DNA of 64,000 nucleotides from Hypanus sabinus. Taxonomy: Eukaryota. Positions 1 to 10,955 of the stretch are shown here, piece by piece; position 1 is the first letter of the stretch; every line of letters starts with the position of its first letter. Under the pieces are notes generated by a model that made no database searches, had not been told where the DNA came from, and worked only from the letters and a program-made list of their open reading frames with translations. A program made the position numbers and the translations under genes. Where the stretch lies: NCBI RefSeq assembly GCF_030144855.1, contig NW_026781435.1:62001-126000 (forward strand), in the 5' to 3' direction.

Positions 1-132
1 TTGGCTGCCAGAAATTTCCAGAGTCAAGGATTCCTCTGAATGTACCACGGTTATGAAACTGTTGCCACTGACGAGATGAGGAGAGATGGGAGGAAAGTGT
101 GGGAAAGGGACTTGGCGGTTATGTTTGGCGAT

Positions 133-171
133 AGGTATTGCAGTATATGTCAGGCTGCAGGCACTGCTGTG
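133..171 (-). other. 23-spacer RSS of V1 (heptamer CACAGCA, degenerate nonamer GCAATACCT)
   Basis: Directly after the codons for CARDR: CACAGCA at 171-165, a 23-nt spacer, then GCAATACCT at 141-133 (5/9 match to ACAAAAACC). Confidence 0.6.
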
Positions 172-469
172 GTGCGGTCCCTTGCGCAGAAATACACAGC
201 CGTGTCCCCGGGGAGCAGCCCAGTCAGGTTAAGATGGTAGGAATCGTCTGACCCCCTGACTGCTGACAGTCTGTTCCTGAATCCTTCGGATATCTCCGGG
301 GCGTTATTCCTATAGGCGGTGATCAGGAGCTCCAGCTCCTGGTTGGGAGCCTGTCGATACCAATCGGTCCTGGGGTGGGTATGTGGCACAAAGCAGGATA
401 TCATCACCGAGTCCCGTTCGTGTACGGCGAGGAATCGGAGTTTTTGAAGAACTAATTCACTGTGTGCCC
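172..469 (-). CDS. V1: Ig-superfamily antigen-receptor V exon (TCR-type, family unassigned)
   Basis: Open frame GAHSELVLQ...MISC...DWYRQAPNQELELL...NRLS...LNLTGLLPGDTAVYFCARDR has Cys23, Trp41, Cys104 and DxAxYFC. A phase-1 acceptor (tttctag|GG) precedes it and an RSS follows. Confidence 0.9.
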
Positions 470-505
470 CTAGAAATGTTAAAATTAACAATCAAAATGA
501 ATTCC

Positions 506-674
506 NNNNNNNNNNNNNNNNNNNNNNNNNNNNNNNNNNNNNNNNNNNNNNNNNNNNNNNNNNNNNNNNNNNNNNNNNNNNNNNNNNNNNNNNNNNNNNN
601 NNNNNNNNNNNNNNNNNNNNNNNNNNNNNNNNNNNNNNNNNNNNNNNNNNNNNNNNNNNNNNNNNNNNNNNNNN
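506..674. other. Assembly gap (N run) inside the V1 intron
   Basis: Run of N. Confidence 1.
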
Positions 675-1170
675 AACAGAAAGATACATATATACATACT
701 TAAATACATCGATCGCCAGAGCGACACGGATAGATAGACAGATAGATGAATATACTGGCGAGCACTTCGATGAGGAGACAGACAAACAGACACGAAGATA
801 GATAAAGATATTTAGAACATAAACCCCTGCGCAGGCGCACTAAGAGATAAACGGAAGGTGGAAGTAAATGGAGACGGACAGATGAACATACCGGCGGAAA
901 GAAGGATGACAGAGGAAGGGCTGCCGGTGGAAACGGTTAAAAATAAAGAGAGAAAGTTATAGAGCTGAGCGAAGTTATGCAATTGCAAGCGATGAGTGAA
1001 CATGGAAAACCGGTAGGGACAGATAAACTGGATGAGAGAAAAGAGAAGAAATTGGCGATAGAATATATAAAAACATAAGGACGGAAAGCTCAGAGCGATA
1101 GTGAGTGACCGTGAGAAAGTTAAAGTGCAGAAACGTGAATGAAAACAGCTCCGCTTCATGAAACACTCAT

Positions 1171-1207
1171 CATGAATTAAAGCCATCATCCCCAGTATGA
1201 GAAACAT
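1171..1207 (-). CDS. V1 leader exon MFLILGMMALIH(G) with non-canonical donor ATGAGT
   Basis: 37-nt hydrophobic exon, the same length as the V4 leader, in phase with the V1 exon. It is followed by ATGAGT instead of GTGAGT. TATAAA (1278-1273) and a GC-rich box (~1314-1322) lie upstream. Linkage to the V exon crosses an assembly gap. Confidence 0.65.
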
Positions 1208-2387
1208 GAATATCTGGATGTTTCCCACTTACTATTGATAGCGGCGAGGAGGGGAACGGGCCTTCAAACTAGTTTATATTGCCCGGCCGACTATACACCA
1301 GGATTCAGTATACACGCCCCCTCTCGATGATTGACGGGTCATCCTGCGCTGCTGCATCAAGTAGTTCCGCCCAAAATCTCTCATTGGTAGAGGTAATCAA
1401 ACTCCGCCCACAACCAGTAGGTGGTGAAAGGGGGTGTATTCGGCACAGAGATAACAACCCCATCTCGTAAAAGCTTTGTGTGAAATAAAAATTAGAAGAT
1501 TGATTGTTGAAGGTCATACAGGGTTGGACAATGAGGAGTCTGGTAGGTGAGGACAGAAGAAAGTAAAGGGGGAGGAGCACCAGAGGGAGGTGAACGGAGG
1601 GATGGTCAGAGAGAAATGAGAATTGTGATAGTGGGGCCAAGTTAGGCTTCATGATTCCTTCACTTGAACTGATATTAGTACGTTTCGATGGGCAGAATGG
1701 ACTGCCGTTTCCCGCTCGGGGTACAGTCTCTTATGAATTCTGTGTGGCAACAGCGCCCTCTTACGCACAAATTCTGAACGGAAATGCACTTGAGAACGTG
1801 GTTCATTGGTTGATTCTTTTATTCACCATTTTACCATGGTTTATTTTCATATCGGTCCGGAAAAAATATTAAACACTGAACAAGCAAGAACAACTTAATG
1901 GATTCCACAGAAACGTATCGTACACAAATCATGTCCATCAATCTAAAGGTCGTAGATCTGCGTTGAAGCTGAGTGGTGTTGATGGGACTTCAAAATAATC
2001 GGTTTTTACAAAGAGTAATAAAATCGGTGGGAGGCGCACATAAAATTAACAGCATCGGAATGACATTTGGGCCGGTACATGGAAAGGGGAAGGTTTTGCG
2101 GAAAACGCGCGAAACTCAGGCTGATTCGACGGGCTTCGGTAGGAGAGTTGGCCTGCGGAGAGGTCCGGTTCCGAGAGGCTGCATCTGCACCGCCAGGAAC
2201 ATGACTCTGCAATTGCCATTTCCGTCCTGAGTTTAGGATCAGACAATGATGTCGTAAGGAGGAGATCAATTGGCAATTGTGGTACGGACAGTCTCGGCGT
2301 CATTTCCGGGAACACCTTCGACCGGCAGAGCTCAGGTGAAGAATCGAGCAGGGCGCATTTGCAATCGAACAGCGCTGCCGAATAGCG

Positions 2388-2880
2388 ATGTGTTTACCTC
2401 CAGACGTGCCTCTTGTCTGCCTGGCTTTATTCCTGAAACTCTTGCATAATTGTGAGTTTTTTGTTTGATTAATTATTTTCTCACACCGAGTCGAACCGGC
2501 CGATTCAAGGACGGCCCCAAATCATATTTTAAATCGCGGCATATTATGCCTCTATCATTCACCTGACCATGAATTCCTTTCTCTTGTATATTAATCCAGG
2601 TCTGTCGGCATCACCAACAGTGGGCCAGTTCCCTACCGCGGCTTCTATTCGGCCTGGAGAGCAGTTTAGTTTTCAGTGCAGTTTGGAGGGAGGCAGCATG
2701 GGCAGCTGCACCAAGTCGGTACGAGTCTGGAGTGGGTCTGCAACGAGTTCGGGTCATACGACGAACCCTTTAAACTTCGGTTCGCCACCAGGCTCGAAGC
2801 TGCACAGAACCGCTTCACTCTGCAGCTCAGCAGCTGCGAGGAGACGGACTCGGCGACCTTCTTCTGCGCACCGAGTCTCG
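2388..2880 (+). pseudogene. V2: frameshifted antigen-receptor V pseudogene (leader 2388-2451, V exon 2600-2880)
   Basis: Leader MCLPPDVPLVCLALFLKLLHN|gtgagt and acceptor atccag|. The exon reads LSASPTVGQFP...FQCSLEGGSMGS, then a deletion removes the WYRQ region and shifts frame into SLEWV...RF...NRFTLQLSSCEETDSATFFCAPS. Confidence 0.85.
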
Positions 2881-2919
2881 CCCGGCGGCGCACGTCTACG
2901 GCCGCCTCAGACTAAAACC
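2881..2919 (+). other. Inactivated 23-RSS of V2 (CCCGGCG-23-ACTAAAACC)
   Basis: Exact 23-nt spacer and near-consensus nonamer. The essential CAC of the heptamer is CCC. Confidence 0.8.
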
Positions 2920-3194
2920 TGCCAGTGATTCGGAGAACAGACAACCCATCGAAACCCCTTGCCATCCGCCTCCTCTTCGTACATCGAACTCGTAAATTTT
3001 TCTATCGGTCTTCCCTCCATCCGAAGTTCATTTGCATGAAACGCTTCCAGCACAAAGCTGAATCCTCCCCCGTCAGTGTTATCAAATCCCTATTACAGCT
3101 GGTCCCACAACACTATGTACCGATGGACTAACTTTCAGCGATTGGACAATTCATGCCTATTCATTGATTGATTTAGTCTGTTATTATTCATATA

Positions 3195-3660
3195 AGCCCG
3201 TATGACACACCTGGAGCATTGTGTGCAGTTGTGGTCCCCTAATATGAGAAAAAGATATTCTTGCCAGAGACGGAGTACAAAGAAGCTTCACCAGAATGAT
3301 TGCTGGGATGTCAGGACTTTCATATGATGCTTCGATTTTAGGGAAGTCTAAAACCAGGAGTCACAGTTTACAGATAAAAGGGGAAGCCTTTAAGAACCGA
3401 GATGAGGAAAAATTTCTTCACACGGAGAGTGGTGAATCTGTGTAATTCTCTGCCACAGGAAACTGTTGACGCCGGTTCATTGGCTATATTTAAGAGGGAG
3501 TTAGATATGGACCTTGAGGCAAAAGGGATCAGGGGGTGTGGAGAGAAAGCAGGTACAGGGTTCTGAGTTGGATGATCAGCATAGTCACAGTGAATGGCGG
3601 TGCAGGCTCGAAGGCCGAGAGGCCTACCCCTAAACCTATTTTCCATGTTTCTATGACCCT
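3195..3660 (+). mobile_element. CR1 LINE 3' end (internally deleted)
   Basis: Encodes HLEHCVQLWSP and FRTEMRKNFFT-like ORF2 C-terminal sequence plus the 3' tail. Closely similar to the minus-strand copy at ~23.65-24.1 kb. Confidence 0.85.
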
Positions 3661-3829
3661 GAAAAATGAGCCGAATTCGGCTACTCCGCCATTTCATTAT
3701 GGATCATTCAATTTTCCTTTTCAGCCCCAATCTTCCGCCATCTGCCTTTATCCATTCATGCATCAAAGCATCAATAATCTATCAACAGTTGACTTAAATA
3801 ATTCAAAAAAGTCGCCACTCTCTGTCTAA

Positions 3830-4415
3830 AGAAAATCTTCTTCACCCACATTCTGTCCCTTGGTCTGAGATTGTCGCACTTTTGGAACCATCCTCTCCGC
3901 GTTCACTCTATCAAGGCGTTTCACCATTGGGTAGTTTTCATCAGATCATTCTTCATTCCTTTGAATTCCAGTGAATACAGCTCCAAAGCCAGCAAACCCT
4001 CTTTATATGACAAACCTTTTATTTTTGGGATAATTTTCGTGAAATTCCTTTGAAACATCTCCATTTTCATCAGTTCTTTTTTTTTAAAACAGGGTACCGA
4101 CAACTACACACGATACTCCAAATGAAGCCTCGCCAGCGCTTCACGAATTCGCGACATCAGATCCTGCAATTTACATTCTTGTACTCTTGAAATAAATGCT
4201 ATCATCGCATGTGCCTCCCTCTGCAGAGAATGCACCTAAATGAAACTTTAATGAACCCTGAACAGCGCCCCTTGCACCTCAGTTTTTGGCATTTCCTCTC
4301 CATTTAGAAAATATTCTACAATTTTATTTATTCCGCCAAAACGGATGGTCGTACACATACCGCAAATGTACTCCATCTTCCACTTTTCTCTCTACTCTTC
4401 TAATCCTGCAGTATA
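3830..4415 (-). mobile_element. Degraded CR1 ORF2 C-terminal fragment
   Basis: Minus ORF reads FTKIIPKIKGLSYKEGLLALELYSLE, a CR1 RT C-terminal motif. Confidence 0.75.
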
Positions 4416-4419
4416 CGAG

Positions 4420-5056
4420 ACATCCTCTCCACGTCCGCTCTATCTGTGTGCTCTGGAGCTAGACTCCCCCACTACAGGAAACATCCTCTCCACATCCACT
4501 CTATCTGTGTCCTCCGGTCCTAGATTTCCCCCATTATAGGAAACTTCCGCTCAACATCCACTCTGTCTGTGACCTCTGGTCCTAGATTTCACCCACTATA
4601 GGAAACATCCTCTCCACATCCACTCTATCTGTGTCCTCTGACACTAGACTCCCCCAATATACGAACTATCCTCTCCACATCCACTATATCTGTGTCGTCT
4701 GGAACTAGACTCCCCCACTACAGGAAACATCCTCTCCACGTGCACTCTATCTGTGTCCTCTGGTCGTAGACTCCCCCACTGCAGGAAACATCCTCTCCAC
4801 ATCCATTCTATCTGTGTCCTCTGATCCTAGACTCCCCCAATATACGAACTATCCTCTCCACATCCACTATATCTGTGTCGTCTGGAACTAGACTCCCCCA
4901 CTGCAGGAAACATCCTCTCCACATCCACTCTATCCGTGTCCTCTGGTCCTAGACTCCCCCAGTATAGGAAACATCCTCTCCACATCCACTCTATCTGTGT
5001 CCTCTATACCTAGACTGCCCCACCATAGGAACTATCCTCTCCACATCCCCTCTATC
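4420..5056. repeat. Minisatellite of ~61-62 bp, about 10 copies, derived from CR1 ORF2
   Basis: Unit ACATCCTCTCCACATCCACTCTATCTGTGTCCTCTGGTCCTAGACTCCCCCACTATAGGAA starts near 4420, 4481, 4543, 4605, 4666, 4727, 4788, 4849, 4910, 4971 and 5032. Its reverse complement encodes DRVDVERMFPIVGESRTRGH. Confidence 0.95.
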
Positions 5057-5059
5057 AAA

Positions 5060-5585
5060 GTCTGTCAGTATTCCATGGGCTTCGGTGATCACCCTTCATT
5101 CGTCTAAACACCACCAATTACAGGCCCAGAGCTATCAAACGCTTCTCTTATGTTAACCCCTTCTTTACTTGCATTGTTGCCGTCAATCTCCTCTAAAGCC
5201 AGTAAAGACTCCCCTTATTCCTACCTGTTATCACCGGCCAACCCTACTTCATCCACGCTAGAATATTTCCTGTAAGACCATGGACTCGTAGCAACAAGCT
5301 TAACCATACGTGCTTGTCAGAATCCAAATTCACAACATTAGCGGGTTTTCCTTTTTTCTATCCTTCTTGTTAATTCTTTTGGGATTCCTACAACGTTGTC
5401 AGGCAAAACTTACCCTTGAGGAATCCATGCTGACTAGTTCCTATTTTATCAGGCGCCTCCAAGTCCATTGAGACCTCATCCTCAGTAACCGAAGCCAACA
5501 ACTTCCCAAGCACTAAGGTCGGACTAACTGGTCTCTAGTTAACATTCTTCTGTCTCCCTCCCTTCCTGAAGAGTGGAGTGACATT
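5060..5585 (-). mobile_element. Degraded CR1 fragments
   Basis: Antisense CR1-like RT sequence (e.g. ggactaactggtct...ag, the YRPVSL motif region) continues beyond the minisatellite. Confidence 0.55.
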
Positions 5586-6560
5586 TACTCCGTGAATGCT
5601 CGGCAGTGTTGAGGGACAGATGAGTCTCGGTGTACAAGTGTAGGTCAATTAATATGTTACTGATGTATTTATTGCTCTATCGTACTTGCACAGGTTGTTT
5701 TCGTTTACACACCTGTTGTTAATGTTTGGCTGTGTGTAGTATTTGTTTGAATCTGTTGTATTTCCCGGTGCTTCCGTGAAATCCGGAAGGGAAATAAATC
5801 GCAGGTAGAACACGGTGACACAGACGTAACGTGATACTAAATTTACTTTGAACTATAAATGTTGAGCCTCCCAATTATGAGGTACTGTCGACGGTACTGT
5901 CAAACTTTGCCCACAGCAAGTTTCTCTCAATCATTTCCTCAGTTTTGATCCGACACAGTGAGAACTTTGACCACTTTACTCTCTGGCATTGGTGATTGAT
6001 ACAAAAGCAGGAGGCAGTGAAAGCATTTTGTTTGAAAATGTTGCGCTGGTACTTTAACCTACTGCATGATCACTCCAAACATTCTGTCCTATACAGACAG
6101 ATAATTTTATTCTAGTCTTTGAATAGAAAATGAAAATTTTAAAGCCGCTAAACGGGACTAATCAAACCCCGACACACTTTATATCATTAAAACGCGCCCT
6201 CCGACCAACACGCAGCAAACATTCTTCCACCGCAGCACGGCAGATAGTTTGTAAAATCTCAAGGACTGTCAAAAGCAGTGAATCCGTCAGGCATCGACCA
6301 CTATGCAGTTCCGTCCCTATCCATGCATCCGCTTCTGTAAGTGGCCCGGCATCTGCATCTGCCTCCACTTTCTGCAACGCCCGGGGATTGCATTTCCTGT
6401 CTCTTTAATCACGCACACTCCTACGTATGCATGACTCATCACGCAGCTGTCAATCAAACGACGAACGGAGAAGTAGTGGAGGTCACAGCGGCGTTGGGAG
6501 AATCGCTCCACACGCCCCTACTGGATGTTCCATTCACTGCAGGAAGGAATTTGTGTGAAG

Positions 6561-7070
6561 ATGTTGCTTTTTTCACGGGCTGATGATCAGGTCTTTTCGT
6601 AAAGGACACTTTTATTAAATTATCTTTGTAATCAATTTGAATTGAAGTCTAATTCTCTTTAATCTCTCTCTCTCTCTCCCTTGTCATCTATATTCTGTTT
6701 GTTATCTATTTCCTTTATGTTGCATTTCTTTCTTAATTTCTTCTCCGACTTTCCTTCTTCCGCGCTCCCCTTTGTTGCCCATAACTTCCGATCTCTCTTC
6801 ACTCTTTTCGTTCCGTTCCGATTTCTAGTTGCCAGAGGAACTGAAACTCAGTTGGCAGGATTAAACGGGATTGGGATGGAACAGTAGGAAGTTCTGCAAC
6901 GCCCAACGGCGGAAGCAAGACCGGTGGTGTTGCGGATGCCTGGTAGGGAGCACGGCAGTTGTGCGTGAGATTCGGGGAAGCGGCTCAACGGGGAAGCAAC
7001 CACTTCACCGAGTAGCTCTGCGGGTGCAAGCTGGCAGACTCGGAGGTCTATTCCCCTGCAGCGATCGCCC
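6561..7070 (+). pseudogene. Highly decayed V-segment relic (leader 6561-6598, V exon from 6829)
   Basis: Leader reads MLLFHGLMIRSF if one extra T is removed, and its donor gtaaaggaca matches the V4 donor context. A CT-rich intron and a ttctag| acceptor lead into VARG..., and a remnant NHFT..L..CKLADSEVY resembles the D-S-A-V-Y-F-C strand. Stops and frameshifts are present and there is no convincing RSS. Confidence 0.55.
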
Positions 7071-7739
7071 ACCAGCGGCAAGAATCCGTACAGAACTGAC
7101 CCCCAATGAGCGGTTGAAAGTTCACTCTCTGACAGTCATTCTCTGAAAAGTTTAGATAAACAAGATGAAAAACAATACATAACTAAGTCGAAAACTGTTG
7201 TGCAAATCGTGCAAATAATAATTTAAAAAAACAAATTAATTTCAACTAATCGCAGCTGACAGATTTCCGGGAAGATGAGATGAGGGAGTTGATCATTGTC
7301 GTGTTGCGCCGATAAGGCGAATGGACACAGGTTGAAAGTGAAAGGGGAAGGTTGAAGGCGGGCATGAGATGCTACACTTTACACACAGAGGCTGGTGGGA
7401 ATGTGGAACGAGTTGTCAAGGAATGTCATATCCTGTAGACAAGTGTAAAGGAGAACGAAACAATTGCAAGTCCAGACCGATATAAGGCGCAGAACAATGA
7501 TGATGGACAGAAGCAGGTGAACAGGTGTAAATAAGCCTAGAAGCACAACTTTGTGGGCCGAGGTGTCTGTATTATGCTACAGGTGTTCATGATTCTATGA
7601 AACAATAAATAAAAATACATAAAATAGCTGATATATTATCAAGGTTTTTTTCATGTTTACATTCGCAGTGACTGACGGGTAATAAAAAGAGAGCAGTGCT
7701 CGCGCCGGGGAGGTGGGGGATGTAGGGGTGGGTGAATGG

Positions 7740-8060
7740 ATGGAAGTGTCGATCTGCCTCACTCTTTGGGGAAGGGAATTGTTTTTGAGGCTGGTAATCA
7801 TGGCGTGGATGCCTCGTGGCCTCTCTCTTGCTGCGATTGGGACAGGAAGTCCATAAGCATTGTCCAGCACCTTTCTGTCTAACTGTCATTGATGGCGGGG
7901 AGGACTGCTGACAGTGATTCTTGGGTCAGGTTAGACTACCAGTCTTAGGGCCTCCCTGTCCACTGCCGTGCAGCATCCGTGCCTTGCAGGAACGCGAGGA
8001 TGCTCTCCATCTCCAACTGTAGAATGACTTGATGCGCATGTGCAACGCGCTGCTGTCTTC
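7740..8060 (-). mobile_element. Rex1/Babar-type LINE RT C-terminal fragment
   Basis: Minus strand resembles the FY...ESIL...DRKALQRVV-type C-terminus; degraded. Confidence 0.5.
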
Positions 8061-8895
8061 CGCGTAATGGGAAATCAGGGTCATTGATGAGTTTTCTAGA
8101 CTCTATAATGTGCTTTAAGTGGTCGTAACGGAGTTATGAGTTTGCATGTCATGCGTACTCTCAGGAGTTCGGAACTGCTCACTGTTTGGACTGTTGTGAC
8201 ATCGGTGTGAAGGGGTGTACGAAGGCTGCGAGTTCTGAATTAGATAAAAAAATATTTCCCTTGTCTTCTTGACGTAGTTATGTATCTGGCCCATGACTCG
8301 ATATCTGCCACCTCCTCCTCCACTACGCCTCGTGGAGTCCCTTGGTGACGTCGGGGAACTTGTCTACGTGATTGGCCGGGTGTCCGGCCTTGCGTTCATG
8401 TGTTTGCAGACCGTACAGCAATGGATGCCGTAACAGTCCTGGGAGATGCCCGTGCTGAGGACGACGGGGAAGGAGGGAGAGTTGTGCATCTTGTGTCTCT
8501 CGGGTCAGTTCGACAGGAAGTCCAACTCCCAGTTGCACTGTGGTCTATTTATTAAACCTTGAAGAGAACTGACTGCCTACGCAAAGAGGTGCAGACAAAC
8601 TGGCAGAAACTGCGCCCGAGAAATGGACACACAGGTCGCTCAACGACAGCAACAGCTTCTCATTTCATGTTCCGTCCCGCACACCTGCTCTGGCGGTAAC
8701 AATCTACATACATCGACACTGGAACTTCGCGCAGTTCCGATTTCTGCTCTGAATGCAACGTCATTCAGCGGCAGAGGGATTGGGTTGTCAATGACAGAAA
8801 CGGGACGGGGCGTTGCAAGTCAAACAGGAACCTTACCCAGTCATTGTATCTGTTCTCACACTCCGAACTGGTCCTACTCTTCCAGAAGTAAAACT

Positions 8896-8941
8896 TTGTT
8901 CAGGCTGCTTCTGGTACTGGTGTGTCTGGCCTGCTTCTACA
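8896..8941 (+). CDS. V3 leader exon LFRLLLVLVCLACFY with TTG in place of ATG
   Basis: 46-nt hydrophobic exon ending in a phase-1 donor A|gtaagg, in frame with the V3 exon. Confidence 0.75.
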
Positions 8942-9367
8942 GTAAGGAATATTCGCACCGACGCCTAATAATCTAATCCAATGTTCCCTGCTTCCATCTT
9001 TACTTTCTTTCTTCCCCATTCTGTCTTAACCACTTTTCCACATTACCTCTACGTCACGCTCACCTCCTTTTCCTGTGAGTATCATCATTATGGACCACTG
9101 TCCCTCTGGCTCCCCATTTTCCCGCTTTGCTCTGCCATTATTTCCACGCTTGGCCTCTTTCAGCACTTCTCCACAATCATCTTCGCGTTGCCTCGCTCAT
9201 TCGCTCCCGCTGGCTCTCTGCATTCTCCCGCTCCTTTCTTCCCTGCCTCCCGCTCGCTCCACATCGCTCCTGTCCATCCGTCGCACTCAACCTCGCCCAC
9301 TCTGTTCCTACCAGCTCAGATTCCGCGCGGACCGTGTCTCGCCATTTTTCTCGAACGTCCCTCTTAT

Positions 9368-9370
<3 letters not shown>

Positions 9371-9445
<75 letters not shown>
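9371..9445. repeat. (TC)n microsatellite in the V3 intron
   Basis: Uninterrupted TC dinucleotide run of ~75 nt. Confidence 0.98.
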
Positions 9446-9449
<4 letters not shown>

Positions 9450-9784
9450 TTACTACCTCTTCTCATTTCTTTATCTATCTGTCCACCTTTCAATAGTTAC
9501 CCCTCCTCGCTCCTTCCCCAGCCCGGCTTCCTTACACTCCGCACCGCCACATCCTTCCCTCATCCTCCATATTTCTCTATCTCTATCCATAAATATCTCC
9601 TTATCGATTTCTCTGTGTCTCTATCTCATCTCTACCTGTCGCACTCAGGACATTTTTCTATCACGTTCGGTTTTTTACTTTACCTGTGTGGTCCTCTCCC
9701 GAGCGCACAGAACCGTGTCCTTTGCTGAATATATTAATTTATTGTTTGTTTGTTTTTCCCCTCGTTTGTTCTTTAAATCACGAG

Positions 9785-10080
9785 CCGTGACCTCGACAGT
9801 TATCCGCCAGCCTCCCGACGCTCTGTCCGAGCCTCCAGGCGGGAACCGGACGGTTCACTGCACCGTCGACGGCAGCAGCATTTATCGGTTGTTCTGGTAC
9901 AGACAGTACCCGGGAAAGGAGCCGCAGAACCTGTTTCACTCGGTGGTTGCTCCGAGCGTGGCGCCGGGCACAGAGGTGGACGGGTTTACCGCCAGCCGGC
10001 CGAACAACAACGAGTTCACTCTGAGCGCAGGCCGCCTGAAGCTGAACCACTCGGCCACATATTTCTGCGCCTGGAGTCTG
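9785..10080 (+). CDS. V3: TCR V exon, TRBV30-like
   Basis: VTSTVIRQPP...VHCTVDGSSIYRLFWYRQYPGKEPQNLFHS...ASRPNNNEFTLSAGRLKLNHSATYFCAWSL. The CTVxG, ASRP and CAWS motifs match the mammalian TRBV30 pattern as I recall it. Acceptor cacgag|. Confidence 0.92.
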
Positions 10081-10119
10081 CACGGCGACTGACACAGATA
10101 GAGGCCACGAGCAAAAACC
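10081..10119 (+). other. 23-RSS of V3 (CACGGCG-23-GCAAAAACC)
   Basis: CAC-starting heptamer directly after the coding end, exact 23-nt spacer, 8/9 nonamer. Confidence 0.93.
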
Positions 10120-10799
10120 CCAGGCAGCCGCTGGAGCGGAGAACTAAGTGAGTGTAACACTTGGACCCAATTCTTGATCACAGAAGTTTATCCGCACTGT
10201 GATGGGAAAACATTGTCCGCTTCTTCATGCCGGTTCGCTCTGCTGTGAAATCCGCTGAGTCTTTCAATCTTCCATTGGACACATTGGCGCAGCTGAGGGA
10301 GTTTCCGACCCGAAAAGCCCACGTTGAATTCTGTGCTGAGTTTGCACGTTCCCAATGTGATCTTGTCGGGTTTCCTCCGGACGGAGAAATATCACGGAGG
10401 TTCAACGGTTAGTTGGAGGGAAGAATGGTTTCTTTTGGCCAAATAGTAACTTCGGGGTTGCATACACGGCGGAGGCTGCAGGGGGCGCTGTTGCACCGTG
10501 AAACACTGGGGCTGAAGATCGCCATGTCTATTCGGCATCTGTTTTGATGGGGCTGTCTCGCTTGGTGAGGTCGTTATTCCTTTCCTGACAACAGATCCCG
10601 GCCTTGTTTAAACGAGGTATGCTGAGGTGACGGGTTTTCAGCTCAGTAACGAAGCCATCAGAGTTTGAAGATCGTCCAATTTACTTATGTGTTTGTCAGT
10701 ACTTCCTAATTATCTATCTACTTACTTATCTATTACTTTATTTGTTTATTCTCTTACTTACTTATTCACATACTCTCTTGTTTTTAAATACCCTCCTTC

Positions 10800-10955
10800 A
10801 AGCCGCGCCACCCACCCATTTCAGAATTAACCTTCGCCTCATCCCGGCGCATTTTGCAACCAGCAATTAACCTAACCACCAGTACTTCGGTAGACTGCCG
10901 GAAGAAAGCGGAGCAGAGTGGCGGGACGTGGAAACTTCTTACAGACAGCGGCTTA
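10800..10955. mobile_element. Degraded SINE fragment (V-SINE/HE1-like)
   Basis: caattaaccta...cggagc...aaacttcttacagacagcggc resembles chondrichthyan SINE sequence from memory; not verified by search. Confidence 0.35.

Noticed and set aside
1227-1275. Alternative V1 leader ending at a GTAAGT donor (1232-1227)
   Set aside because: It has an in-frame TGA and no ATG. The 1171-1207 exon is a much better signal peptide.
4420-5056. CRISPR-like appearance of the regular repeat
   Set aside because: Units are contiguous with no unique spacers, the context is eukaryotic, and the sequence is CR1-derived.
5954-5995. Isolated CACAGTG/CACTGTG heptamers (also ~3586, ~8536, ~10195, ~27986, ~43995, ~47642)
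   Set aside because: None has an acceptable nonamer or a neighbouring FGxG J motif; the number is compatible with chance.
7070-7108. Possible RSS after the V relic
   Set aside because: The heptamer needs an indel and the best nonamer (ACAGAACTG) is poor, so the spacer class cannot be assigned.
9075-9784. Long ORFs (217 aa, and the N-terminal part of the 321-aa ORF) upstream of the V3 exon
   Set aside because: They are stop-poor translations of the CT-rich intron and (TC)n repeat. Only 9785-10080 is real coding sequence.
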